DNA from: Phoronis australis
Lineage: Eukaryota; Animalia; Phoronida
NCBI GenBank assembly: GCA_002633005.1
Contig: NMRA01000691.1
Coordinates: forward strand, 62,001 to 126,000
DNA: 64,000 nt
Direction of reading: 5' to 3'
The notes below the pieces were generated by a model. The model had not been told where the DNA came from. It did no database searches and saw only the letters and a program-made list of their open reading frames with translations. The position numbers were made by a program, and so were the translations under genes. Position 1 is the stretch's first letter; each line of letters opens with the position of its first letter. Positions 9,036-21,300 of the stretch are shown here, piece by piece.

Positions 9036-12000
9036 AGCAAACATACTCCAGATAACTAGCTCGATCAAACCACAGGCGCTTGGGTTTATCGCAAATGACG
9101 TCACTCAATAATATATATAAGAAAACATAAAGGTTGGACACTTAAACTTTGCCAAGCCGAGGCTCCCAACTTCAGCCGTCCAAAATCCAAATAAAATCTC
9201 CGTGCACCTCCCTCAGTCTGGTGTTGCATAAACCTTCGAAGCCTCATCTTTCCTAGATCCCTTTAACTGTCTTCGTGAGTGGTGAATTGGCGATGGNCGG
9301 ATAAAATACCTGGAAAATCAAACGGCAAAAACAAATCTACAACAAAAATATTCGTAATCTTTACCACCAACATATTCGAGCCTCTCCAGGAATCCCTAAG
9401 TGAAGAAAACATTGCAAAATTCAACGCACCCAAGAACGGCAAAACTAATTTGAAAAAAGTACGGCACCACAAGAACAAAGGAAAGAACAAATATTCTAAG
9501 ACATTTACAACGACTTCGTTTCGACCTATGCCTACCACCATCATCTACGGTCCTGCAGACAATACCAACGACACCATGAAAAAGTCAAACGTAACAGAAG
9601 GTTCCGTAGACAAATCACTAGGAAAACTATAACCTGCGAAAGAAAAAACGTAGTTAATTTATCTAACCATAACTTAACTGATAGTGAGGTTAGCCTACTT
9701 TCTAAAGGACTTAACTTTTGTCCTACCAAAACCAATATTGACAAAGATGAATTACTAATTGATATTTACACTTTCGCTAGACGTCTTAGATTGGCAGCAT
9801 ATTTTGACAATCCTTCCAAAGATGAAAACGAGAACTCCCCTTTAGAAATCAATCCTTTCAAGAAAAAAAGCAAATGGAATCCACCTAAAAGTCAAAACCA
9901 TGCCCTCGAAAGTTACATTGAAGCTAATACTAATGACGTTATGAATTACAAAAAGCAAAACTACAAATATAATATCACTAAGTCCAAAAAAGATGCCCTC
10001 ACAATACTCGCTAAAAACAAAGAAATCATAATTAAACCAGCTGATAACAGATCAGCAGATGTTATAATGGACAAGCAGAAATGTATTGACGAGGCTCTCC
10101 GACAACTTAATGACACAGCATACTACAAACTTTTAGATAATAACCCCAACACAAAACATATCAGTCTTATATTTTGAATGCTTTCCATTTAGGTCACATT
10201 GACAAAGACACCAAAAACTACCTCATTCCTAATGAAGCTCAATCTATAAAGTTTACTCATGACATTTCTCAAAATAAAGTCTCATTTTTAGATGTAACTG
10301 TCATCCTTAAAAATGATAAACTAGAAACGGACTTATTCTGTAAAGAAACTGACAAACACCAATATCTGTCATATCACTCGAGTCATCCCTTTAATTGCAA
10401 GAAAAGCCTTCCATATAGCCTTACCCTAAGAATTCGACGCATTTCTCCAGAAGAAACTTCCTTTAATAACCGTTTAAAAGAACTCAAGTACTATCTAGTT
10501 CAACGTCATTTCCCCTTAAATCTTATACACAAACAGTTTGACATAGTCCGTTCAATCACACGAAATGAATCTTTAAGAACACACAATGTAACAAAACTAG
10601 GTGTAAAATGTGTAACTTTATCAACGATAGCACTTTTTTCCAGTCTTCCCAAACCAATGAAAACTTTGAAATAAAACATTATTCTGATTGCACCACCAAC
10701 AATACTATTTACCTTATATCTTGTAAAAATGTTCTATCCAATACGTAGGACAAACTCAACATAATCTACAAACTCGGTTTCGTAATCATAGATTTAACAC
10801 AATACATAAAAACATTTCTGATACTATAGGTAATCATTTGAATTCCAAAAACCATAATATTCAAGATCTTTCTGTACAAATAATAGAAAAACTCCAACAC
10901 CCCAGTACCCCTCACAGACTCAAAAGAGAACAATATTGGATATACAAGCTCAATACACTAGAACCTCATGGATTGTACATATAAACTTCTTAAATTATAT
11001 CATTGAATTTTTTACGCAAAAATGTATCATATTCATTACACCATATCTTAAATATCAATTATCATATAGTGTTTGATTTTACTTTATTTCTGTTTCTGTT
11101 TCTGTTTCTGTTTCTGTTGGCAAAGGACTTTATTACATCCGAAAACTTCAGTTGATCCATTCTTGTTGTTTTATTTACCTATTTATATTCTACATTTCGT
11201 GAAACAATAGTATCCTTGGGAGGATCTGGATCGCCTTATTTAGTTTCAGGTTTATTTTTTGCGTAATTATATAATGACAACAAATGGTCTGCTTGTAGCT
11301 TGAACTTGTTTTGAAGTTTTATCAAGATTGAAACGAACTGGATTGAGAGAGTAACTCGAACCGTACACGTACTTCTTAGCCTGAGCTGAAGCGCACATAC
11401 CTTGACCAAAAATTTATTGAGGAATAAACGAATTCTCAGTTCTACCTGAGATCAGAGAGAATTTTTAAACTGAGAAAGTAGTAAAATAAAAATATTTCAT
11501 AACGGTGGTTGGCTTAAATGACTATTTGGTTTGTAACAGAAAAAAATGGGTTTAAGACCACTTTAAAGTCCTTATCTCAAAAACTTACCAAATTAAGTAA
11601 AATGTAACATAGCATAATGTTTACATCGTTTCTGTTATCAAAAAGCCTTTTTAGCACAATTTTGTACCTCGGCCGAGATCGAAAAATCATCGACTATTAA
11701 CGTCTATTTCAGAGACCTGAGTTCCTGGGTGTCAGTTCAGGAACGATTCCTGTACGTCAGCCATGTTGTCCTTGAAAAATTAGTGACATTACCGTGAGCG
11801 TAAATGCATTGTTATTTTGTTTGGTTGTTTTTGATTCCCATTTTGGTTCTGTTTATATAAACTTGATTACTTATTGTCCTAATTCTACATGTTATTTGCA
11901 TTTGACGACTGGAATTAAATGTATAATCATATTTTTGAAGTACCGTCGCAAAATCTCTGGCGTAGCCAACGCTCGGCTACTGAGGTCAGCCCTGACTCGT

Positions 12001-14999
12001 CGCGAGGTTACGTCAAATTAGAAACAGTAACCGTTTAGGTAATAAAGTAGAAAAAAATTCTTGATTATCAAATCTTAATAGCCATATCGTGAAACTGATG
12101 CAAAGTACCAGCCTGAAGTGAGCAATTGCTGTGTCACCGTGACTACCCGCCCGTGTGAGCGTAGTGCGTAATTGGCAGCAAATCGGCACCGGCTTTACTG
12201 GCCGTTTAAGAACGTAAAATAGAAAAAATATCCACATACGGTGGTGTTTCGACAAACAAAAACAAGTTTTATCTCAAAACAGTTAGCTCCACATCTGTGC
12301 TTTATTTTGCTGCCAAGACACAGTAACCTGTGAAGCAATTCCCCGGCCTGCAGTCGCCGGGACTCTTCGTCGGGAAGTGATAATCATTTGCTAAAGAGGT
12401 TTTGATTAATTATCAGGGAAAATATATTTTCAAAGCTCACAAAAACAAACTTACAATATATACCTCTCTTCATGGCTAAATATAGAATTCCGGGCCGCAA
12501 ACCGGAGCGGGGATAGTGTAGTGAATTTTAGTCAGTGAGCTGGATGTCGGCGATGAGAATATATTGCAGTGTTAGGAACGTGACGCAGTATTCTTTAATC
12601 TCTATGTCACAGGAATTTCGCTCATTCAGGGCCGGGTAATCTAATTTTGTTTTCATCTTGCCCTGCGGAGCACAGATGTTTGCCGGTGCACGGCAGGCCA
12701 GGCGGTCAGGCTAGCAGCGTATACGAATGTTTCTGACTATGTGAGAATTATTCCTTTTACTTTAAAATTCTTAATACTTTGGCACCATGGCAAGTTTTCT
12801 ACCTGAAGTAATTTCGTCACCAAATGATATTCGTCAGCCGCCCGGCCTTAGCGAATTAAGTCGCGTCTAAATTTATTTTCCAAATCTTCGCAAGTTTTAC
12901 TGTCATGATATTCTACAACTGTATAGCAATTTTATTCAATAATTTGATGTTGCATGTTCGTTGTTCTGTTTATATTGTTTGTTAGTTAAACCCAGTAAAA
13001 CACGCTTAGCCTAATCTCATGTGCCATAGTCGGCTGCAGGTAAGAGCCCGGAAAAATAACTTCTGCTAAAATTTATTTTGCCTTATTTTGTCAACATTTT
13101 AAGTACAAATTTTCCCAATTTTGGTTTTATTTAAGTTGAGGTCCATGTCGATTATTTTATCTCCGTTTGCAGGCTGGTAAAAAGCACTGCTCCAGTCGCA
13201 CAGACATCGTATACTAATCCTGGGTTCCTGAATGAATTGTACTTCCGATTTCGCGGTTAGTTCAAAATGGCGGTATGATCTTCGGGTCGGAATTGTGAGT
13301 GACGCGTTTATTGAAATTGTCTTCGACTACGGATTGTGTATTGGTTATGGGATAAGTACTGCGTGGTTCCTTATAATGTCTTCTAACCATTTAATAAGGG
13401 TTAAAAACGTGTGCTTCTAGGACTTTAACCCTTAGATAGAGCAATTATAGTGTCTAGTGTAGGACATTTTGTGAGTACTGTTACCTGGCAATTATAGTCG
13501 GTGATACCTGAGCTGTAAACATCTCGTGAGTAATTTTACCCGACGTTTTACTTTTTCCTTGTATTACTGTACTAATAAAAGTTCCACTTTTCAAAGACTG
13601 ACGATTTGAAAAGTTCCCACACATTAATTTGAACGTTTTGTTCAACAAACTAATTTTATATGGAATAAATTGTCAAATGTATTGAGCAGTATAGAGCGCA
13701 GTAATTACAAATTTGTAATTTATTGTATTGACTTGGCAGAATACAATGCAAAAATCAAATGAACTTTACATACAACATCCCTTGCCTTTTGAGCATATAA
13801 GCTACCCGAGTAAATGCCAATAAACATGAATTAACTTATTGATCCTCGCTGTTTTTACACGAAAGGTTGTAAGGGAAATGTTTGGCGGTGGGAAAAGGTC
13901 CTCTACCAGTATGCTTGTAACCTGTCGTTGTGTTTTGGACGACCAAGAGGGTGCTTGCGTTTAAACCCGGTTATATTGGATAACAACACAGACTTAGAAG
14001 AGTCAACCAAGTATCCCTAGATGATCGCATTTCATTATCCTGTCACACGAAATTTGTTTGTTTGATTTTGTCTTGAAAGACTTTCCATTCAGTATCCATT
14101 TCACTTAAACGAGGACGTAAGTGTAGTAGGCCTATAGGGTGTTGGCTTCGAGCCCATATATACATGTAGGTATGCATTTCTGTCCCTTTTAAGTCAAATT
14201 CAAACATACACTTCCTTGTGAGGAGTTAGAAGTTTGTGAGCATTGGGTTACCATCCTACTTTTAGCGAAAAAGATGCATTTTAAATGCATATATAAATAT
14301 GTCTATTTACCTGTATGCACTGATGTGAGTGTGTGCGTGCGCGCGCGTGTATGTAATATCTTTGACGGACATATATAATGTTTTGCGCTCTATGGACTTT
14401 TAAAACTCTTATAATTGTACATCACATTTTTCGTAATAAATATGAAAAAGGAAAAATAATGCATGTGTGTGACACAGACGAACAGCAAGCTGTCGTTTTT
14501 ATTCGTTGCTCGAGAACGCAAATCAAAACAACCCTATGAATCGCAATACTTCATTTGCAAAACACACAGTGGGATATTTCTGGTTAAACATTCGTGTTTA
14601 AGGATTGAAACTTCTTGTTTGAAGGTGAATGTGCACTATTCAAGACCAGTACCTGAAGATATTGCGTCACTATACTTTGTGTACAGTTCCAAGCTAGCGC
14701 GAATATTTTCGCAAACATATAATATTGCGTCTCTCATTTTTCAACGGTGAAGAAGTGAAAGACACATTTGACACTTGGGTGTTGTTATAATGGTAACTCA
14801 TACATGCAGGTAAGAAATCGGTGTAAAGTATAATATTAAATGTATATAATCGTCACGTATACATGAATATGTCACAATATAATCACTTGAGCACACAATT
14901 AGAACTTCGTTTTAGAACGAGGCAACAAAACCATATTTGAAGCAATACAAAAAGAACAGTCACAACAGTTATATTCTTGTGTCACTTTTGTACCATTAT

Positions 15000-15072
15000 C
15001 ATGCGCGGTGCACCCGAGGGGGGCTGGGGGGAGGCTATAGCCCCCACTTTTTTCAGTGCTGCACCGCCCATG
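15000..15072. mobile_element. Short non-autonomous DNA element (CATG.GCGG...CCGCCCATG family)
   Basis: Related copies at about 15512-15578, 46840-46910 and 55762-55898. Confidence 0.6.
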
Positions 15073-15346
15073 ATCATGCCAGTTAAATGCATTCCGCCCC
15101 TCTCGAGTTAAGAACATGGAACCTTTTCTTTTGTTTTCGGTTCTACATGACCAAAATGGAACAAAAAAGTGACAAGAAAAACTCAATTATATACACATTG
15201 GTGTATACAAAATAGATCGATGCAAATCTGCATATGTCTCAGGCTAGTCTCACGGTAGCCTTTACATAATTCATTGGCCATGACGACCTTTTCTTGAGAT
15301 GGTGGAGGCGTGTCACTGCAACCAGCACCCCCTCTAGTATTCTTTG

Positions 15347-18300
15347 TCATCGAAAATCACTGGATTTCCGTCGTCTATTCGAATCTGTTGAACTCCGCTT
15401 GCTTTTCCTTCTTGTTTTCGGTGGACCACGGTTTAGCCAGAATGTTTTCATAGGACCTATACCCTGGAATGAACCGCAACTGGAAGATTCATCAACCATC
15501 TTACTTAAGACCATGTGCGGCGCAGCATTGAAAAAAGTGGGAGCTATAATCCGCGCTCCCTATGGTGCGCCGCCGATGAAGAAGTAGGGGGAAGTCACCA
15601 GTATTTAAATTGTGCCGCCCAATTACCTCCCCTGTCCAAAGGCATGACAGATGATAAACGGCGTTCAATGGCTTCATTTTGAACTAAAATCCGAGCAGTT
15701 CATCTTCCATGGCAGGATTTTAAAGTTACTCGGAAAAGGTGAGTAAATTTTATTCAAAATTCCTTGTATTTTTGTAAAACTTAATACTATGTGTGTTACT
15801 CTCCAATATTTGTTCACAAAGCATTCAAGCCTGTAGTTAGCCAATTCACGTTGAGCTTGGCGTTTAATGTATGCATTAACGTCAGGTCTGACAATGTCTC
15901 TTTTGGATGTAATGTACATATATTACTGTAACGTCTGACAATGGTTCTTATGAATGAATGTGATGTATTAAAGTCGCGTCAGACAAAGGCTCTGGTGATT
16001 TTTATCAGTGTTCTAACTTAAGCAAATAAATCTGCTTGCCTTCATTGCCAGTTAGTCTGAAAATTGACTGGCCCCGCTGCCAAGATGCTTGCCTTGGTTT
16101 TAGCGTCCTGTCTACGTTTTTATCCATCTTTTACACTAAATGCGCATGTGATTGAGAACCTTATTTGTAAGAGAATGTCACCCAAAACACAACGTGTAGC
16201 TCCATTCGATCACAGCAAGTTCAGTTCTTTTACCTGACACCCAGCAGTTCACAAGACGCTTACTGGTGTCAACGTATCGCTTGAATTCATTTGTTTTACA
16301 CCAATAATTTATCAAAAATTGAAGAAAAACCCTTACAAAGACATTGAGTTTTTAAGTAAATGAGTTGTTTTATTTCGCTATTACGGATTTATAGAAAATT
16401 TTAGCGTACCGTAAATAATAAATAATTGCAGGCGGTCTGATACACGTTGTACCAGACGTGCGTACGCCTCGCATGTGGGCCCATTGCACTGATCACCCGG
16501 AAATATTTTTATGCTTTATTAATATATGTAGTCCGCTACACACTTCGGTAGGCCAACTTTCGGAGGTCGGTCGTGGGAAGTTTGGTGTCTATTCGGTGTT
16601 GAGTTAGTATTATTCTTCCGTGAAATACGGACAGGAGAACATAGACGTGTTTAGCAATTTTAGACCTGCAATTTTTTTCAGTTCTACATACCAATGGCTC
16701 AGAACCCGTGGTGGCTGGACTGGAGAAATGACGAACATAAACCAGCCGGGTTAGTCGGCTTCGAAAGTTGAAAACTAAACCCCAAGTCACGAAAAGACTA
16801 GACTAGTGAACAAAAGAAGTAATGTGCAAGTGAATATTTTGGTGAATTCTCCGCGAAATTGCAGTGGTTTACTCGTGGGGGAAGCGCGAAACCAGGTTCC
16901 CCTGCCACAGAACCGTACGAGAAACAAGTACAATGATTTGAAGAACGTATATATATCTAAATGAAGATTTCCCTAACCTCAAACCGCAGAACAGCTTTCT
17001 GTCAGTAACACTGAATGAGCATGCACTCACACGGACGGCCGGCCGGTCAATTAGCTTTATTACATCTGAAGCTAGTAACGCAGTATGATATATTCATTTT
17101 TGATTTCTCAAAACCTTTGAACTCACGAACACTCCTAAAGCATTAAAAATTGTATCAACTGAGACAGGCTTTGACATTTCATTTCGGTTTTATATAAACA
17201 TAAGTTAAGGTGAGAATAATTCATCTTGAACCAGTACAATGTGGGCCACAGGTAAGGTGATATCTCACGACCTCATGGTATCAACGGCATACTGTTCGTT
17301 CTTTACTGCCGGGAACCACTTTCAAAGCATTTCAGGTTCTCGAAGAAATCAAAATAAACGATATACATGTACCCTCTTTCCTCTGAGGTTCATGGTTCGC
17401 ATAAGCGGGAACGATACGCCACACCGAGCGGGACACACTCAGCTGAAGAACCACTGACGTCACTGCGTCGTGTACTCACCTTCCTCACAGATTAACGCAA
17501 CGCCTCTCGGCTAGGGGGATCGACTTTATACGAGCTGATGTGGATATAGACCGATCAAAACGGTGACTAACAGTAATTAAATCGAGTGGCATTCTCCTTT
17601 AACTCTAGGTAAGGAATTGTTGGTAACTGAGATGTATACATAAACACCACATAAGCTGTGGTGGTAAAATAAAAGCCCTGAACTAGATTTAACCATTTTG
17701 CAAAACACGTTCCTCAGTACATAGAGCTCTAGGCTAGAGTTCTATGAGTAAATAACGTGCATGGGGAGATCGTGCACTTGCTGCACACAAGGTTTAAACT
17801 CGTTGGCGATCAAGAGGTGGGAGTCAAACAAAATTAGCCACTAGACCTTTTTGAATTAATTGAATATGAGACTACATCCACACAGGGCCTACTGTATATG
17901 TGAAATTTTACTGGGCCGCCAGGCCAGTAACTTTTAGGGGACACTGTCCCGGTCGCAAATCCACTAGCATCGGGTAACCGAGCCAATGTGTATTTCCAAT
18001 GGTGAATGTGATGTATTAGTTGTCCGTGATGCTACACTTGATAAAAATATTCATATTCGATATTTATATAACCTGTTAAAAACACGAGATACACCAATAG
18101 ATGGTGCAGACTCACGCACATACAATCACGCTAAAATATATTTCTGGCCTAAGATGCAACAATAGCAAACAATCGCTTTCTAATGATTTAGACTTGACAA
18201 TCTACTGAACTATTATTTTACTCGAGTAAACAAGACTAACAGTTTCCAACATTTCAAAACTCAAAAAATAACAAACATTAACCAAGTTTTAAGACCACCA

Positions 18301-21300
18301 TGGGAATTGACTGTTACACGGTAGTCCTTGATATGTTTGGAGGGTAACTAGCCAACTGGTAACCCGAGATGAAAGCAAATGCCATTTGTATTAGGCTTCG
18401 TGATTCCGGCAGCTTTATTTTTTCTCTCTTGTTATTAGCCACCGTCCGACCATTGAACTGATTTGGGATTTCAGTCTCTTGGCGGTCTACCGGCTATTTG
18501 TCTACTAGAGTGCCTCGTTGATCAATGAGTGCGTTTAATTTTCCTCTAAGGTTCGTATAAGACCTGCGATAAATAAACCCAAAATAAGTTGTTTGGTAAG
18601 AAGCCGTGACGTGAAATTTCGAACTTGGTCTGGAGAAATCACGGACTTTCAGACTAAGGGGAAATTATTGACCAATTCCATCACGTTGAGTGTCCTATAT
18701 CAAAACCTGTTTTTTTGACAGAAAGCATGGATGTAACGACGCTTTTTTAAATCTCGATCCAAGAACACGGAACACCATCAACCAACTATCAACATATAAA
18801 CTACAAAGCATATTACTTGCACATCACCTGTACGTCGCTGTTATATCCGAAAATCGCTGTAAGATCAAGTTTTAGCATTTCTTATCAGGTGGTCCTGAGC
18901 TGTAAGAGCTCTGTTAATATGTTTAGTGAGTAGTTTGACCTGGCAACATTGTGTTGGCTTTTTCAGCTTATTTATGGGTAAAACTTTAAAAGGTAAAAAG
19001 TTGAAAGTTGCGCATTTCGTGTAATTTGACAATGAATTCAACTTAAAACATAATAAAATTTTGAAATTCAGAATTAATGTTAGTTGCGTCTTCAAAATAT
19101 TATCTCGGACAATCTAACAAGTACTTTTAAGCATTGTTGATTACAGTGAAAAAGCAAACTAGAGCTGGAATATAAACTACATGTATTTTTATCTACAAAT
19201 ACGTAAGAGCTCACCTGCTGAAATTTTACTTCGACCGAGATCAGGCTAAGTTAAGATCGAATGTTAGCCTGATCAATTCTTCATGTTTGTGGTTACACTT
19301 GGTTACTGTCTTAATACTGTAAACTGCTAGGGAATGATTTTGTTGGATGTTGTTTTCAAGTTTTTACAATCTGATAACCTCGATCAATGCCACATTGAAG
19401 ATCATCAATAACCGGCGAACTCCAAGGGAGACAATAAGGCGCGACTTACTGTACATTCACGTGATTCTTTCGAACCTCACCAAGGCCTTATATACTGCAA
19501 GAAATCCCAACTGTATCTAAAATCCCTATTAATATTCTTAAGGCCAAGATTATGCAAAAAATTCGAATTGTTCAAATCGACTGGCTTAGTTTTGTGAATT
19601 TGCAAAAAGTGGAGAACGCGTTGCCAGCATGTTTACCTACATGTGTACTGTATGTCAAAAACCGATTTGATTTCGGTCTAAGTTAAGACCAAAGACCAAA
19701 AACCGACTTTAGATTCATCACAATGTCTTTTCTGACTTTCGTCTTAACTCCGTCAACTTTTTTTTACCTCGATTTTCTTGTGCTTTGCTAAAGATACATG
19801 GGTTTCTGTTTCATAGCCGTGGTTAGTACCCCCGGGAGAAGTAGTATCAAACAACCGAGACTTATTAAGTTGGCCACGTGGTAATAGAAATTCCCAGTCA
19901 TGTTTGCCAAAATGAGATTGATGCGAAAAACACAAGTCACAACAATAGTTATTTTCACCTGTTCCCTCTAATACTTCATGCGAAACAACTTAGATACTCT
20001 TTTTGACTTCATGTTCATTATAATATGCAAAAATATAATTTGGTGCAAACCACCCTTACTAGAAAGTATTCCCAAATGATTCCCTTTTATTATGACATCA
20101 TTTTTGTAAATAAAGTAAACAAAACAAACTTAATATTTTGGTCATTTTATCCTACACTTTATTGATTAATCTTCAGCAATTTCCAGACTCTTAGAAGAAC
20201 TTCGAAAATACGGTGGTGTGTGTTTTTTACATCCAAACACATTTTTGTTGTCTGTCTTTTCAGATATAGAATCAACAAAGTTTAAGTAACTTGAGCTGAA
20301 CCGTTTTAACGTTGTTTAATCATCGGATTCGTACTCTAGTACCCGCGCTAGATAATTATACAACCTACCTTGCCGTCGATACCAGTGATATACTAATCGG
20401 TCAGTGATTGGCTAATTATGTCATCTACAGCGCCCTCTACTGATCAACATAATATGTGGCAGTTTGATCCATAAAGACTTCGTTTTTCACAGAAAATGTT
20501 CAATCTAAACAACTAGAATTACTGTACTAACGTTAAAAGAAAGCACTTTATTGTCATGTGAAACTACATGTACTCACGAATGGTTTAGTCAAAGCTCAAG
20601 ACCCACTGACTATACACTCAAGACAACTACAAGAAGCTATAACCGCCTACCTTCACGTCAATCACACCTCGCTTTTCTGTAAAGTAACCAGGAAACTTGT
20701 GAATTGCCCCATCTGCAGCTTCGCTGAGGTGAATTCTCAGACCTGTGGGAGGTGACAACAAAATTCAAACTAGCGAAGGAACAATGTGGTATTCATACAT
20801 GTAAAAGCCTTAAGGATTTAAAACACTATTTGTGACATCCTCTCGGAATCACTGATGTTGCGTAAGAAATATCTAAGCTTGTTCCAAACGCTTCTGAGCC
20901 CTTAAACTAGTTACAACATATTAGTGATGTTTTTATACGTGACGTTACCCTCTCCATATGATTCCATGCGCGTTGCTACGATGACCGTGTCGCCGAATAA
21001 ACAATATCGTGGCAGTTTCATTCCTACAACACCTGAAAATAAAGAGAATTTTGTGACCGAACTGTCCAGGACACGTGCACTGCATTTCCAGTAAACAATG
21101 GGGTATCAAAAGACTATTTCACTGGGTCATACTTTAAGGCTATGAGCAACATGCTATGTGAAAATTATCTAAAACAAATCGCGATAAACTCTGTAAAAGT
21201 ATACATTTTAGATGAGAATGCAAGTTGAATATGAATTTGATTGTATTAAGATTTTACATCTTCTTTAACAGTTTTTTTTCAAAATTACCTCCATTGCAAG

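Larger units (their letters stand above)
8041..11260 (+). mobile_element. Neptune-like Penelope retroelement: pLTR, N-terminal domain, OTU, RT N-terminus, internal deletion, thumb, GIY-YIG, pLTR
   Basis: Direct pseudo-LTR repeats at about 8041-8190 and 11110-11260; ORF fragments HHFNSL...PKGLELK...KWNNIL, VVNLSNHNLTDSEVSLLSKGLNFCP, IIIKPAD, CNKTRCKMC, QYVGQT...TRFRNH, REQYWIYKLNTLEPHGL; RT core deleted at about 10240. Confidence 0.92.

Noticed and set aside
11700-13600. LTR/DIRS-like element or spliced non-coding gene
   Set aside because: CpG-richer with splice-like and polyA signals, but I found no terminal repeats, TSD or coding motifs to support a call.
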